The notes under the pieces: generated by a model
Databases searched by the model: none
Seen by the model: only the letters and a program-made list of their open reading frames with translations
What the model was told of the DNA's origin: nothing
From: a virus
Lineage: Duplodnaviria > Caudoviricetes
Direction: 5' to 3' (one strand)
Virus record (IMG/VR): IMGVR_UViG_3300020382_000273
Coordinates: 1 to 57,524 of that record
DNA: 57,524 nucleotides
Translations under genes and position numbers: made by a program
Part shown: positions 39,573 through 49,551 of the stretch, piece by piece
Layout: each line of letters starts with the position of its first letter
Position numbering within the stretch: position 1 is the first letter of the stretch

Positions 39573-40135
39573 TATAATAATAGTTTAATATTACTAGTAA
39601 ACATTCTATAAAGTTTTTCACCTTCTACCATAAAAGGATATTCACTTGATGGTTCATAAGAAATTTTATCACCTTCTTTTAATCCTTTACTCTTTAACTC
39701 GTCATTAATATATTTTATAACTCCTATTAATGGTTCTTCTACATTTGAAGTTTTAATATCAGATTCTATTTTTAAAGATGGTTTTATCATAACATATTTA
39801 GAATGACAATTCCATTTATCTTTATGCTTGTACATAAAAAATTGATCATAGTCTATAAAAAATAAATTGTCTTTAAAAAAACTTTTACCGCTTTTTTCAA
39901 CACCCTTCATATCATTATAAAACTTAAAAACATTGTGATGAACCAAAAGGATATCTCCTGGTATTATTTCTCCTTCGTAGTTAATTGGAGTACTTATTAC
40001 TTTTGCAAACCTATTGGAAACAGTATGATCTTCTTTGGAGGAGCTTATAATTAAATTAACATCTCCAATTTTTTTAATATTATCATACCTTCTTCCATTG
40101 TATGGTTCTACAATGAAACTGAAAGGTGATTTCAT
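39572..40135 (-). CDS. Tandem GroES-like domain protein
   Basis: Two halves, each with a 'V.P...G/A.V.......I/L..GD.L/I' GroES-like pattern, ending 'VEGEKLYRM...I'. Confidence 0.6.
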   Translation of the reverse strand: MKSPFSFIVEPYNGRRYDNIKKIGDVNLIISSSKEDHTVSNRFAKVISTPINYEGEIIPGDILLVHHNVFKFYNDMKGVEKSGKSFFKDNLFFIDYDQFFMYKHKDKWNCHSKYVMIKPSLKIESDIKTSNVEEPLIGVIKYINDELKSKGLKEGDKISYEPSSEYPFMVEGEKLYRMFTSNIKLLL

Positions 40136-40359
40136 TAGAAATTTATATTATATTCGATTGATACAGGAATATTAGAATTAAATTCTTTCCATAAAATTAT
40201 TTCATTATCTTTTTCAATCCATATTTTATATGAATCTAAGCTAATGTCTTTTTGTATTAAATGTATATTGTAATTACCTCCAAGAACTTCTTGTCCAGCT
40301 ATATAATGCATAGCACTAGACTTATAATCTGCTCCAATTGATATTTTTCTAATATCCAT
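40135..40359 (-). CDS. Conserved hypothetical phage protein
   Basis: 74 aa; IRKISIG.DYK..AMHY..GQ; TAATG coupling. Confidence 0.7.
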   Translation of the reverse strand: MDIRKISIGADYKSSAMHYIAGQEVLGGNYNIHLIQKDISLDSYKIWIEKDNEIILWKEFNSNIPVSIEYNINF

Positions 40360-40363
40360 TTAT

Positions 40364-40891
40364 TTAAAAAGTAGAATCTAATTTAAATTTATGATATGTA
40401 ATATTAATAATAAATGGACTATCTCCTGCTGTTGAATTTGCACCATTTAAAGATAAGGCTGTGTTTGTAGGTAATATTCCTGCAGAAATAATAGATGTAT
40501 AAACTGTATCTGCTGTTGCATTTAAAACTGAAAAAGGGAAAACTGCAGCAGAATAAGCTGCTCCTCCATTATCCATTTCAATGTTAGCTTGACTACTAAA
40601 ATTGTGAGCTGTTGTTTTGAAATCTAAAAATGCAGTTGCTTGAATAATCTTATACGTAAAACCAACTCCTGGAGCTGGTAATATTTGATAAGGAACACTA
40701 CCTATAACTTTTAAATTAGCAGCTGAAACTCTAACAGAAATATTAATTGTATTTAAAGCTAGATAATTAGATAAATTATCTATTGTACAATTTTTTGTTG
40801 TATTAGAATTATCAGCATCAGTTAATAAAAAATAATCACCTCCTGTTGGAACTATTATTGGATACGATGCTGTGTTGCTAATTTTTGCCAT
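40364..40891 (-). CDS. Putative tail-associated structural protein
   Basis: MAKIS..YP..P..GD..L.TD....TKN.T N-terminus resembles that of 48411-49139. Confidence 0.5.
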   Translation of the reverse strand: MAKISNTASYPIIVPTGGDYFLLTDADNSNTTKNCTIDNLSNYLALNTINISVRVSAANLKVIGSVPYQILPAPGVGFTYKIIQATAFLDFKTTAHNFSSQANIEMDNGGAAYSAAVFPFSVLNATADTVYTSIISAGILPTNTALSLNGANSTAGDSPFIINITYHKFKLDSTF

Positions 40892-40893
40892 TA

Positions 40894-41169
40894 TTACTCT
40901 GTTTCTGTATTAGTATCTTCTTCTGTTGATACTACATCTTCAGGATATTTAACATCTCCATTAGACAAATCGACTATAGCATCTTTACCGTATTTTTCTC
41001 CTAAAGCTTTTTCAACTACAGAAAAACGGTCTTTAATTTCATCTAACTCTTTAACAAGTGATTGTTGTTGATAAACAGTATCTGCGATGTTCATTTTTTT
41101 TGCAGTAAAACTTTGATTAAGTTCTTGTAAGTTTTTTAATTCTTCTGCTGATAATTTGTTAACTTCCAT
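40894..41169 (-). CDS. Coiled-coil protein (possible fibre assembly chaperone)
   Basis: KLS.EELK.LQ...L.EKYG...VDL..G. Confidence 0.5.
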   Translation of the reverse strand: MEVNKLSAEELKNLQELNQSFTAKKMNIADTVYQQQSLVKELDEIKDRFSVVEKALGEKYGKDAIVDLSNGDVKYPEDVVSTEEDTNTETE

Positions 41170-41198
41170 AATGTATTATTTTAGATTAAATTTAAAAT

Positions 41199-41206
41199 CA
41201 AAGATA
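41199..41206 (-). promoter_or_regulatory. -7 promoter box TAtcTTTG
   Basis: Exact consensus, intergenic. Confidence 0.65.
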
Positions 41207-41217
41207 GTAATATTATT

Positions 41218-41556
41218 TTAATTTTGCCAAGTGAAATACAAACTTTCATCTACTGGTTCAATTTCTAATTTTATAGCTGCTTCTATATTTGCTTGCATTG
41301 CAGGAACATCTAATGATCCTTCTAGCCATCCAATTACTACAGCTTCAAAAGCTTCAGTATTTTCGTAAGGTATAAAAGTAGTACCAGCTACGTAAGTATA
41401 GTTTTCTGATCCTATATGAATGCTTTGATATGTTTTGCCATTAACTTCTTCAGATCCAGTATAATTCCATTGTACCGTGTATATTACATTGTTTTGACCT
41501 TCAGATTCAACGTGAGCTGACATTTGATCTATGTACCATTTGTAAGTAATTGCCAT
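41218..41556 (-). CDS. Tail-fibre-associated small protein
   Basis: Y.W.I..M...NVIY.VQW..FIPY..VIGWL; directly follows the fibre gene. Confidence 0.55.
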   Translation of the reverse strand: MAITYKWYIDQMSAHVESEGQNNVIYTVQWNYTGSEEVNGKTYQSIHIGSENYTYVAGTTFIPYENTEAFEAVVIGWLEGSLDVPAMQANIEAAIKLEIEPVDESLYFTWQN

Positions 41557-41560
41557 AATT

Positions 41561-44500
41561 TTATTTATTTATTATTTTTTTTAATTCTTCAATTTCAGCT
41601 TTTAATTCTTTAATAGCTTCAAGAAGTATTGGAGTGATTCCTTGATGTCTCATTGACAACATACCATCAGCTTCTTCTCTTACAAGTTCTGGTAAAACTT
41701 TCTTAACATCCTGAGCTATAAATCCTATATCTTCTTTAATATTTGCTTCATCTTGTTCTTTCCAATTAAAAGTTACCCCTTGAAGTTTCATAGCTTTATC
41801 TAAAGCTGATTCAATAGGTTTAATATTTTCTTTTAATCTTTCATCAGAAGGAGAACCAAATGCAGTAATAGCTCCAGAAGCTATAAAAGATCCAGTACTC
41901 ATAGACATTCTAAATCTGTTGCTACTTCCTTGTCTCCAGAAAATATCACCACAATTCATATCGAAATAAGTGTCTATATTATTTACGTGAAATCTTATAA
42001 ATCTATTAAATCCATAATTACCTAAATAAAAATCTGCAACACCATTACTCTGTCTTCCTAATATAACACCTTGTACTTGAAGTTTAACTCCTGTACTTGG
42101 ATCTGTACCCATACCAATGCCACCATTGTTTTTAATCCTCATTCTAGTGTTTCCACCTGTATTAAAAAAGATATTACTGTTATCACTAACAATTTGAGCT
42201 TCTCCAGTAATTGCATCTAAATCTCCAATTGAAAAACTACCATCAAAAGGATTAATAGTAAGAGATTTATCACCATTGGTATCTGCAACTTCAAAAACAT
42301 TATTAACTTTTACTAAGCTATTACTTACTTGAAATCTTTGAGTACCTCCTGTTACAACTCTCCACGTATCAGCAGCATTAAATTGTAAATATGTATTGGT
42401 ATCTCCTAGTTTTATTATTTGATCATTTATGTAAACATCTGCCCCAGTAAGATTACCTACTGCTTGAATGTTTCCTGTAGAACTAACACTTCCAGATACA
42501 GTTAAAAGTCCAGATGTAGCATTAAGTCTTACATCAAAATCTGAAGTAGAAGTGTTACTTGTATGGAAATCAATATATCTACCTATTTCCATAAGTCCAT
42601 CACCACCAACTACAGGTGCACCTCCATTATGCCAATTACCACTAACTGGTGATCGTAAGCTAAGAGTTCCTGTACTTGTTATAGTTCCACCCAATATAGG
42701 TGCTGTTGTAGCTATAGATGTAACCCTTGTTCCTGCAGAGGTTATATATCCAGCTCCATTGGTAAGTTGATTGTTGTTAGTTATTGTACAATTTAATGTA
42801 ACTGATCCACTTGTTCCACCACCACTCATTCCTGTACCAGCAGTAACACCTGTAATATCTCCTACGTTTGTAGTATAACCAGAATTATTAACAAACTGAG
42901 AAATGTTGTTACTAGCTAATCCTATACTAACAGAACCACTTGTTCCACCACCTGTCATTTTGTTACCTGCGACTACTGCTGTTATATCACCTTGTGGAAT
43001 AGATGGAAAAGTTACTAAACCTCCTTCACCATTTACATATTCAGTACTTGATCCTTGCCAGTCAAAATTCACAGCTGGAGTTGATGTTGCATTTGCAACA
43101 CCTACACTTAAAGCTGATCCATCAATACTTGAGGATACTGATGTTACTGTTCCAGTAGTTGTACTATAACCTCTACCATTAGCTATCTGAGTATTGTTAG
43201 TAATACCATTAGTTATTGTAATAGTAGAACCTGAACGTGATGTTGAAATGTTAGTACCCCCAGCAATATCTACAGTTTCATTCTGAGATATGCTTTCACT
43301 ACCTCCTGAATCAGCTGTAATATTCCAGGTTGACATTGAACCTCCTGAAGAAGTTACATATCCTGCACCGTTAGTTAATTGATTATTGTTAGTAATATTG
43401 TTAGCATTAGTTGCTCCTGTATAACCAAGTGTAGCTAATGTAGTTGTACCAGATGTTAGACTTGTAACGTGACCATACGTGTCTAATGTTACATCTTGAA
43501 TATATGTATTACCTGAATTATTTACATTACCTTGACTTGATGTGTTTGCGTGTGATAAAGTTCCAGTTGAAGTTATTGTTCCACCTGTTAACCCACCACC
43601 AGTTGCTACTGAAGTTACACCTTGTCCATCACTTATAGCGTTAATAGTTATTGTGTCTCCAGATCTAACTGTAGTAATATTACTACCAGCTGCAATAGTT
43701 AATGTATCGTTATTGCTATTTGCAGTAGCTGTACCACCTGAGCTTGCTGAAAAATTCTTAAATATAGCTTGTGATGAACCTCTATCAGTATTTGTTAATG
43801 TAGCACTTGTATTACCTGATTGGTTTGCAGTCATTGATCCAGAACCTGATAAACCAGTATTTCCTGTTACACTAAATGTACCATTACCTACACTTGGCAA
43901 AGAAGCTGAAGTTATATATCCTGCTCCATTTGTTATAGCATTATTGTTAAGAGATATATTAGCAGTACCGTTAAATGATACACCAGCTATAGTTCTTGCG
44001 TTTTTAAACTGCTCTGCATATCTTGAAATATCTACTCTAACTCCGTATGTGCTTGATCCATTCCAACCCATTAATGTAGGGTAAGTTCCTGTCCAAGGAA
44101 CTCCTGGGTTAGTATTACTTACAGAACTTCCAGACGGAGATGTGCCATTAGAAGCATCAAATATAGTATGGTTATTTCCATAATGTTTCCACATCATCTG
44201 ACCAATAACAGAAGTATCTGTAACACCTTTGTAATTAGTTCTACCTGTTGAAAATTTAGTCGCTGTAGCTGCGTTACCACTTATACTTCCTGATGAAGTT
44301 ATATAACCTGAATTATTTACAAATTGAGATATGTTACTACCTGAAACTGCAAAATTTCTACCATTAGTTAATTGATTGTTATTAGTAATACTGTTATTAA
44401 GAGTAATTGTAGTATTGCCTGATTGATTTGCGGTAAATGTTCCTGAACCACTCATTCCAGTTCCTCCTGTAACAGTTAATGTTCCATTACCAACTGAAGG

Positions 44501-45970
44501 TAAAGATCCTGCAGTTATGTAACCAGCACCATTTGTTATCTGACTGTTGTTAATTGCAAATGAAACATTACTTAATCCTGATCTATTTAATGTTACTGTT
44601 CCACTTGTTACATTACCACCTGTTACGAAATTGTTTGAATTATCATCATTAGGATTAAATGTAATTGTATCTGTTGCAGAATTTGTAGTAATAGTCATAC
44701 CACCAGCGGCAACCAAAGTTAACGTGTCGTTATTGTTATCTGCTATTACAGTATTTTGTCCACTTACTGCAATATTCTTAAATATAGATTGTTGTGAACC
44801 TCTATCAGTATTTGTAAGAGTTCCTGTGCTTGTTATTGTACCACCACTTAATCCTGTGCTTGTTGCTATAGACGTTACACCTGATGACGTAACATATCTA
44901 CCATCTAAATCTACAGACAAAGTACTTAACCCTTGTCTAGTAGCACTTAAAACACCTGTGCCAGTTGCCCAAGATAATCCTGTTAGATAATTATTTGTAT
45001 TTGTATCTGTAGCGTTAATAGTTATTGTATCACCAGATCTTACAGTACTAACATTAGAACCACCAGCTATAGTTAACGTATCATTATTAATATTAGCTGT
45101 AGCTGTTCCGCCTGAACTTGCTGTAAAGTTTTTGAATATGTTTTGCTGTGATCCTCTATCAGTATTTGTTAAAGTTCCAGATGTTGTAATTGTACCACCA
45201 CTTAATCCTGTACTAGTTGCTATAGAAGTTACTGTACCTGTACTTGAACTTGTACCAGCTCCTATAAGTGATCTAATTTCAGCAGCACTAATTCCTGAAC
45301 CTAAACTTGGCGTTGATCCATTAGAAGTTATTGCAACCGAACCTATTCCAATAAAACCTCTTCCATTAGAAAGTTGATTATTATTAGTTATAGTGTTATT
45401 AAAAGTAACTGTTTCATTACCTGATTGATTAAGAGTAATTGCTCCTCCACCACTAAGACCTGTACCTGCTGCTAATGTAATAGTTGCATTACTTACAGTT
45501 GGTAAAGATGCTGACGTAATATAACCTGAATTATTAGTCCATTGACTTATATTACCGCTTTTGTTAGTAAACGTTTGTGTATTTGAGGCTGTTGTTGTAC
45601 CTGTATTAGTCGTATATCCTGCTCCGTTAGTAAGTTGATTATTGTTAGTAATACCATTATTTATAGTAACAACGAGACCTCCAGCTTGTGTTCCTGTTGA
45701 GGTTGTTATATTAGTTCCTCCTATAAAATCTACATTAGTATTGGATGTTACATTAAATATACTACCTGAATCTGCTTGTACTTTCCATTGTGAATAACTA
45801 TCTTTAGTAGCAACTTGCGTATCAACATATAATTTATTAGCAGCATCAGTATTAACTGAAACTGAATCTACACCTTGAATTCTTCCTGTTCCTCCTAAAG
45901 TAATACTACCACCAGAAACTGTTAAAGCTCCTCCTTCAATCTGGATTCCAACCTTGTATTTTATACTCAT
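41561..45970 (-). CDS. Long tail fibre with C-terminal intramolecular chaperone (peptidase S74)
   Basis: G/T/S/N-rich repeats; SDERLKENIKPI..GVTFNWK..GFIAQDV..LPELV..EAIKELK. Confidence 0.9.
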   Translation of the reverse strand: MSIKYKVGIQIEGGALTVSGGSITLGGTGRIQGVDSVSVNTDAANKLYVDTQVATKDSYSQWKVQADSGSIFNVTSNTNVDFIGGTNITTSTGTQAGGLVVTINNGITNNNQLTNGAGYTTNTGTTTASNTQTFTNKSGNISQWTNNSGYITSASLPTVSNATITLAAGTGLSGGGAITLNQSGNETVTFNNTITNNNQLSNGRGFIGIGSVAITSNGSTPSLGSGISAAEIRSLIGAGTSSSTGTVTSIATSTGLSGGTITTSGTLTNTDRGSQQNIFKNFTASSGGTATANINNDTLTIAGGSNVSTVRSGDTITINATDTNTNNYLTGLSWATGTGVLSATRQGLSTLSVDLDGRYVTSSGVTSIATSTGLSGGTITSTGTLTNTDRGSQQSIFKNIAVSGQNTVIADNNNDTLTLVAAGGMTITTNSATDTITFNPNDDNSNNFVTGGNVTSGTVTLNRSGLSNVSFAINNSQITNGAGYITAGSLPSVGNGTLTVTGGTGMSGSGTFTANQSGNTTITLNNSITNNNQLTNGRNFAVSGSNISQFVNNSGYITSSGSISGNAATATKFSTGRTNYKGVTDTSVIGQMMWKHYGNNHTIFDASNGTSPSGSSVSNTNPGVPWTGTYPTLMGWNGSSTYGVRVDISRYAEQFKNARTIAGVSFNGTANISLNNNAITNGAGYITSASLPSVGNGTFSVTGNTGLSGSGSMTANQSGNTSATLTNTDRGSSQAIFKNFSASSGGTATANSNNDTLTIAAGSNITTVRSGDTITINAISDGQGVTSVATGGGLTGGTITSTGTLSHANTSSQGNVNNSGNTYIQDVTLDTYGHVTSLTSGTTTLATLGYTGATNANNITNNNQLTNGAGYVTSSGGSMSTWNITADSGGSESISQNETVDIAGGTNISTSRSGSTITITNGITNNTQIANGRGYSTTTGTVTSVSSSIDGSALSVGVANATSTPAVNFDWQGSSTEYVNGEGGLVTFPSIPQGDITAVVAGNKMTGGGTSGSVSIGLASNNISQFVNNSGYTTNVGDITGVTAGTGMSGGGTSGSVTLNCTITNNNQLTNGAGYITSAGTRVTSIATTAPILGGTITSTGTLSLRSPVSGNWHNGGAPVVGGDGLMEIGRYIDFHTSNTSTSDFDVRLNATSGLLTVSGSVSSTGNIQAVGNLTGADVYINDQIIKLGDTNTYLQFNAADTWRVVTGGTQRFQVSNSLVKVNNVFEVADTNGDKSLTINPFDGSFSIGDLDAITGEAQIVSDNSNIFFNTGGNTRMRIKNNGGIGMGTDPSTGVKLQVQGVILGRQSNGVADFYLGNYGFNRFIRFHVNNIDTYFDMNCGDIFWRQGSSNRFRMSMSTGSFIASGAITAFGSPSDERLKENIKPIESALDKAMKLQGVTFNWKEQDEANIKEDIGFIAQDVKKVLPELVREEADGMLSMRHQGITPILLEAIKELKAEIEELKKIINK
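43779..45169. repeat. Intragenic fibre module repeats
   Basis: CCTCTATCAGTATTTGT at 43779, 44799 and 45153 (TNTDRGS); many ITNNNQLTNG.GY units. Confidence 0.8.
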
Positions 45971-45975
45971 AGATT

Positions 45976-45983
45976 CAAATTTA
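45976..45983 (-). promoter_or_regulatory. -7 promoter box TAaaTTTG
   Basis: Exact consensus 5 nt upstream of the fibre ATG. Confidence 0.6.
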
Positions 45984-46017
45984 CAAAAAGAATCGCTGGA
46001 TAAAACGATTCTTTTTG
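45984..46017. terminator. Bidirectional terminator-like hairpin
   Basis: CAAAAAGAATCG-N10-CGATTCTTTTTG perfect inverted repeat. Confidence 0.75.
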
Positions 46018-46037
46018 ATTATGTTTAAAGTTTAATA

Positions 46038-48395
46038 TTAGTTTATTCTTGAAATAAGAACTTTTACAGCATTTGTTGCTAAAGCAAGTGTTGTAGTTAC
46101 AGTAACTACTGATGCTGATGTTCTTACTACGTCTGCATATACAGTTTCAAATGTAGTATTATCATACATTTGAACAGTTACTTGCTGAGAAGCTAATCCG
46201 TGGCTAATTGCATAAGAAGTAGCAGAGCCATCTCCTATATCAGCTGAATAATTAACTCCTGATGCTACACACGCTTCAACTGCTGAACAAAAATTTGTTA
46301 CTTGTGAAGCTGGGATAGCAATAGCTTGTTCTGATGCAGTAGTAACAATACCATCTGAATTAATTCCTAATGTTACTGTTTCTGTTGCACTACCATAACC
46401 ACCTGATGTAGATCTATTTATTAATTCAACAAATCCATTTGTTGTTACTGTAAAGCTAGAATTATCAAATCCAGCAATACCTTTTGTAGTAGCACCATCT
46501 GTTGCTCCTGATCCAGCTATTCCAATATTATTTTGAACTACTGTCCATTGTGCTAATGATGCTGCATTATCAACTTCAGCAATAATTAAATCACCATCTT
46601 CAACAGTTTCTCCGTAAAAAGTACCTGCAGATGTAACTGCATAAGTCCATCCTTTTAATACTGCAATTGGTGTTCCTCTATTATCTAATACTGGAACGTT
46701 AGTTGAAGCATTATACCCTCCTTGGAAGATTAATGATCCAGATCCTGCTAATGAACTATCTACATAACTCTTAGAAGCTGCATCTGTTGTAGCTGATGGA
46801 GTTACTGGAATTGTTACTTGACCAGAAAAGACACCAGTTGCGGCACTAATCCTGTTTCCTACAGTTAAATTATTAGTTATTACTACATCATCTGGTAAAC
46901 CAAGTGTAATAGTTCCGTTGTTTCCTGCAGATTCTGTTACTCTTACTTCATCCAATGTTCCAGAAATAGTTACAGAAGACTTAACTCCTGTACTTGCTCC
47001 TGCTGCAGTTAAATTAAGAATAGCTGTATTAGCTGCTCCTGCTGCTACTGGTAATGTATATGTTTCTTGTGTATCACTACTGCTAATGCTTACTGTTTGT
47101 GTTGCTGCTGCAAATGAAACGGTTGTACCACCTGTACCTGCAAATCTAACACCTGTTGAATCTGTAGAGGTAAATTGTGTTGTACCTGAACTATTTTTTA
47201 CTGGTAAAGACGTATTGTTATTATCACCTGGTAATGTATATGTAGTTATCTTATTCCCACTAACGTGTCCTGTTCCATTAACAGTTAAACCTGTAAATGC
47301 TTCGAACGAAGAACCTGCTGCTAGAGTTGTAGATTGAGTTGTTGCTACATTGCCTTGTAAAGCGTGTCCAATAGCTATACTACCAGATGTTCCACCACCA
47401 GTAATAGGAGCTGTAACTGTTACAGCTGTAATATCACCTTGAGGAATTGCTGGAAAGGTAACTAAATCACCTGCTCCATCTATATATTGTGATGAACTAC
47501 CTGCCATTGTAATAGCAAGAGTTCCTGCGGATGTAATAGGTGAACCACCTACTGTAAATGCATTACCAGCGTGTGTTTGAGCTACACTTGTAACTGTACC
47601 ACCACCAATAGCCGCACTTAATTGAGATAAGTTAGCATATTTTACATTAGAATCTGTAGCATCAGATATTATTACTTTATCTGTAGTTGCTAAAGTTATT
47701 GCTGTACCATCAGCTGCTGCTAATATTACGTTATCTGCACCTAAATAATCTACTGCTAATGTTCCTGTTGATGTAATTGGTCCTCCTGTAAGACCTGCTC
47801 CTGAAGCAATATTTGTAACTCCACTACCTGAATCGGTAGGTAATGTTATGGTTTTTAAATTTAAACCTGTAACGTGACCAGTTGAATCTGATGTTACTGA
47901 GTCTACTGCAGTAAATGTACCACCATCTCCTGGACTTGCAGCTGAAGTTGTATTAGTTCTAACAGTTAAAGCGTGAGCTAAAGTTACTGATCCTGTACTA
48001 CCACCACCTGTTAATTTTAAACCAGCAATTACTTCTGTTATATCTCCTTGTGGGATACTTGGAAAAGCAACTAAGTTACCTTGACCAGAAATGTACTGTG
48101 CTGCTGTTCCATCAAATGTAGTAGCTATAGCAGGTGTTGAACTTGCATTACTTACTACAACTGACATTGCAGATCCAGCTATTGTTGCCGAAACTGAAGT
48201 AACAGATCCTCCTGAAGTACCAAATGTTACCCAAGTATTAGATCCTGTGTGATATTTCATCACATTTAAATCAGTACGATAGATAATTTGTCCTTCACCG
48301 CTTAATCCTGTTGGATCTGCAGTTAAATTTTGAATTTTCGTGTTTAGTAATTGATTATTTTTTAAATCAAGATTACTTAGATAACTTATAGCCAT
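46038..48395 (-). CDS. Second tail fibre protein
   Basis: G/T/S/A-rich; GDIT.V/VTSV modules; DAASKSYVD; HGL..Q.VTVQ.YD C-terminal domain. Confidence 0.75.
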   Translation of the reverse strand: MAISYLSNLDLKNNQLLNTKIQNLTADPTGLSGEGQIIYRTDLNVMKYHTGSNTWVTFGTSGGSVTSVSATIAGSAMSVVVSNASSTPAIATTFDGTAAQYISGQGNLVAFPSIPQGDITEVIAGLKLTGGGSTGSVTLAHALTVRTNTTSAASPGDGGTFTAVDSVTSDSTGHVTGLNLKTITLPTDSGSGVTNIASGAGLTGGPITSTGTLAVDYLGADNVILAAADGTAITLATTDKVIISDATDSNVKYANLSQLSAAIGGGTVTSVAQTHAGNAFTVGGSPITSAGTLAITMAGSSSQYIDGAGDLVTFPAIPQGDITAVTVTAPITGGGTSGSIAIGHALQGNVATTQSTTLAAGSSFEAFTGLTVNGTGHVSGNKITTYTLPGDNNNTSLPVKNSSGTTQFTSTDSTGVRFAGTGGTTVSFAAATQTVSISSSDTQETYTLPVAAGAANTAILNLTAAGASTGVKSSVTISGTLDEVRVTESAGNNGTITLGLPDDVVITNNLTVGNRISAATGVFSGQVTIPVTPSATTDAASKSYVDSSLAGSGSLIFQGGYNASTNVPVLDNRGTPIAVLKGWTYAVTSAGTFYGETVEDGDLIIAEVDNAASLAQWTVVQNNIGIAGSGATDGATTKGIAGFDNSSFTVTTNGFVELINRSTSGGYGSATETVTLGINSDGIVTTASEQAIAIPASQVTNFCSAVEACVASGVNYSADIGDGSATSYAISHGLASQQVTVQMYDNTTFETVYADVVRTSASVVTVTTTLALATNAVKVLISRIN

Positions 48396-48410
48396 ATTTA
48401 TTATTTATTT

Positions 48411-49139
48411 TTAATTAAAAAACGCTTTTCCATTTGCTCCTGGAGCTGGACTAAACGAAAGTGTACATTGTGTTAAACTATTATAAACTACTTCTCCTGT
48501 AATTACTGTATTTGCTGTATCTACTATAGTTACTGATGGAAATTTGTCTAAATTATGATCTACTACCCAAACTTCTGCATTAGTAGGTTGAGTAAAAACA
48601 AAATTTTTGTCTCCAGTACTAGTTCCATATCGTAACAAAGATATAAAATAATCTTGACCATTAGTTAAGCCTCCAGCACCTGCTTTATATGTAAGACCAA
48701 TATCATAAAAGTCAATATCCTTCGCATTTTCAACCGAAGAGTTCCAAGTATAAACTGCCCATTTGCTAGGATTAGCACATTCAGTAATTAAAACATCAGA
48801 TGTAATTAAAGGAGCAGTATAAAAATTAGATATATCTAAAGTTAAATTTATTAACTCTGATTTACTTAATATAAAACCTGTAAGAGTGCTAAATGCAACA
48901 TTATCGGCTTTAACTGGATCAAAAATTATAGTTCCTGGTTTAGAATTAACTGGACTACTTTGAGTGTTATCGTATTTAAATCTTAATGATTGTAATTGAT
49001 TGGTATTCTCATTTATGAACTTACCAACTGCATCAGCAGTAAAATTTTTTGTTGCAAAATTAGATTGCGAATCAGATCCTATCCATTTGTCAGCTCCAAC
49101 TACAGGACTTGCATTTGCATAACTTTTAATTCTTGCCAT
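48411..49139 (-). CDS. Tail-associated structural protein
   Basis: C-terminal DKNFVFTQ....W.V.HNL.KFPSVT.VD domain common in fibre-associated proteins. Confidence 0.55.
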   Translation of the reverse strand: MARIKSYANASPVVGADKWIGSDSQSNFATKNFTADAVGKFINENTNQLQSLRFKYDNTQSSPVNSKPGTIIFDPVKADNVAFSTLTGFILSKSELINLTLDISNFYTAPLITSDVLITECANPSKWAVYTWNSSVENAKDIDFYDIGLTYKAGAGGLTNGQDYFISLLRYGTSTGDKNFVFTQPTNAEVWVVDHNLDKFPSVTIVDTANTVITGEVVYNSLTQCTLSFSPAPGANGKAFFN

Positions 49140-49144
49140 TTATA

Positions 49145-49549
49145 TTATTTTTTTATAGATTCTCCTTTTTCATATGACCTTCCTCCAAAATATGCAGCTA
49201 TAATTGTAATAAGAACAATTTTTAGCAATTCTTTCCAAGTATCATCTACTGCAAAGGTAATAAATCCTGAGTCAACAAAAATAAGCAGAACTGTACTTAC
49301 AATAACAAATATTAAAGTTAAAGGTCGTACTGATTTTGACAATATATTATCACTAGCCATATCAGATTTCCATCTTTCAGTTACATTCTTTTGCATATCA
49401 GCCTCAGCATCAATAAACATTTGAGTCATTTCTTTTTTAAATTTAGCTTTCTCATCTTTAGTATGAACAAACTTATCAATAATTTCAGACATTTTATCTG
49501 CAATATTTCCTCCTAATTTTCCAAATATTTTATTTAATATATTATTCAT
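49145..49549 (-). CDS. Holin (3TM/GTA-type)
   Basis: RWKSDM.SD..LSK.VRP, two TM helices, AYFGGRSYEK; adjacent to the endolysin. Confidence 0.8.
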   Translation of the reverse strand: MNNILNKIFGKLGGNIADKMSEIIDKFVHTKDEKAKFKKEMTQMFIDAEADMQKNVTERWKSDMASDNILSKSVRPLTLIFVIVSTVLLIFVDSGFITFAVDDTWKELLKIVLITIIAAYFGGRSYEKGESIKK

Positions 49550-49551
49550 AG

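Noticed and set aside
41561-45970. Fibre repeats as a diversity-generating retroelement
   Set aside because: No reverse transcriptase and no TR/VR pair with adenine-specific differences seen
42468-47337. Plus-strand ORFs opposite the fibre genes (and similar ones opposite groEL, 19960-20592 and the giant gene)
   Set aside because: Antisense shadows of codon-biased genes; V/P/L-rich translations with non-ATG starts
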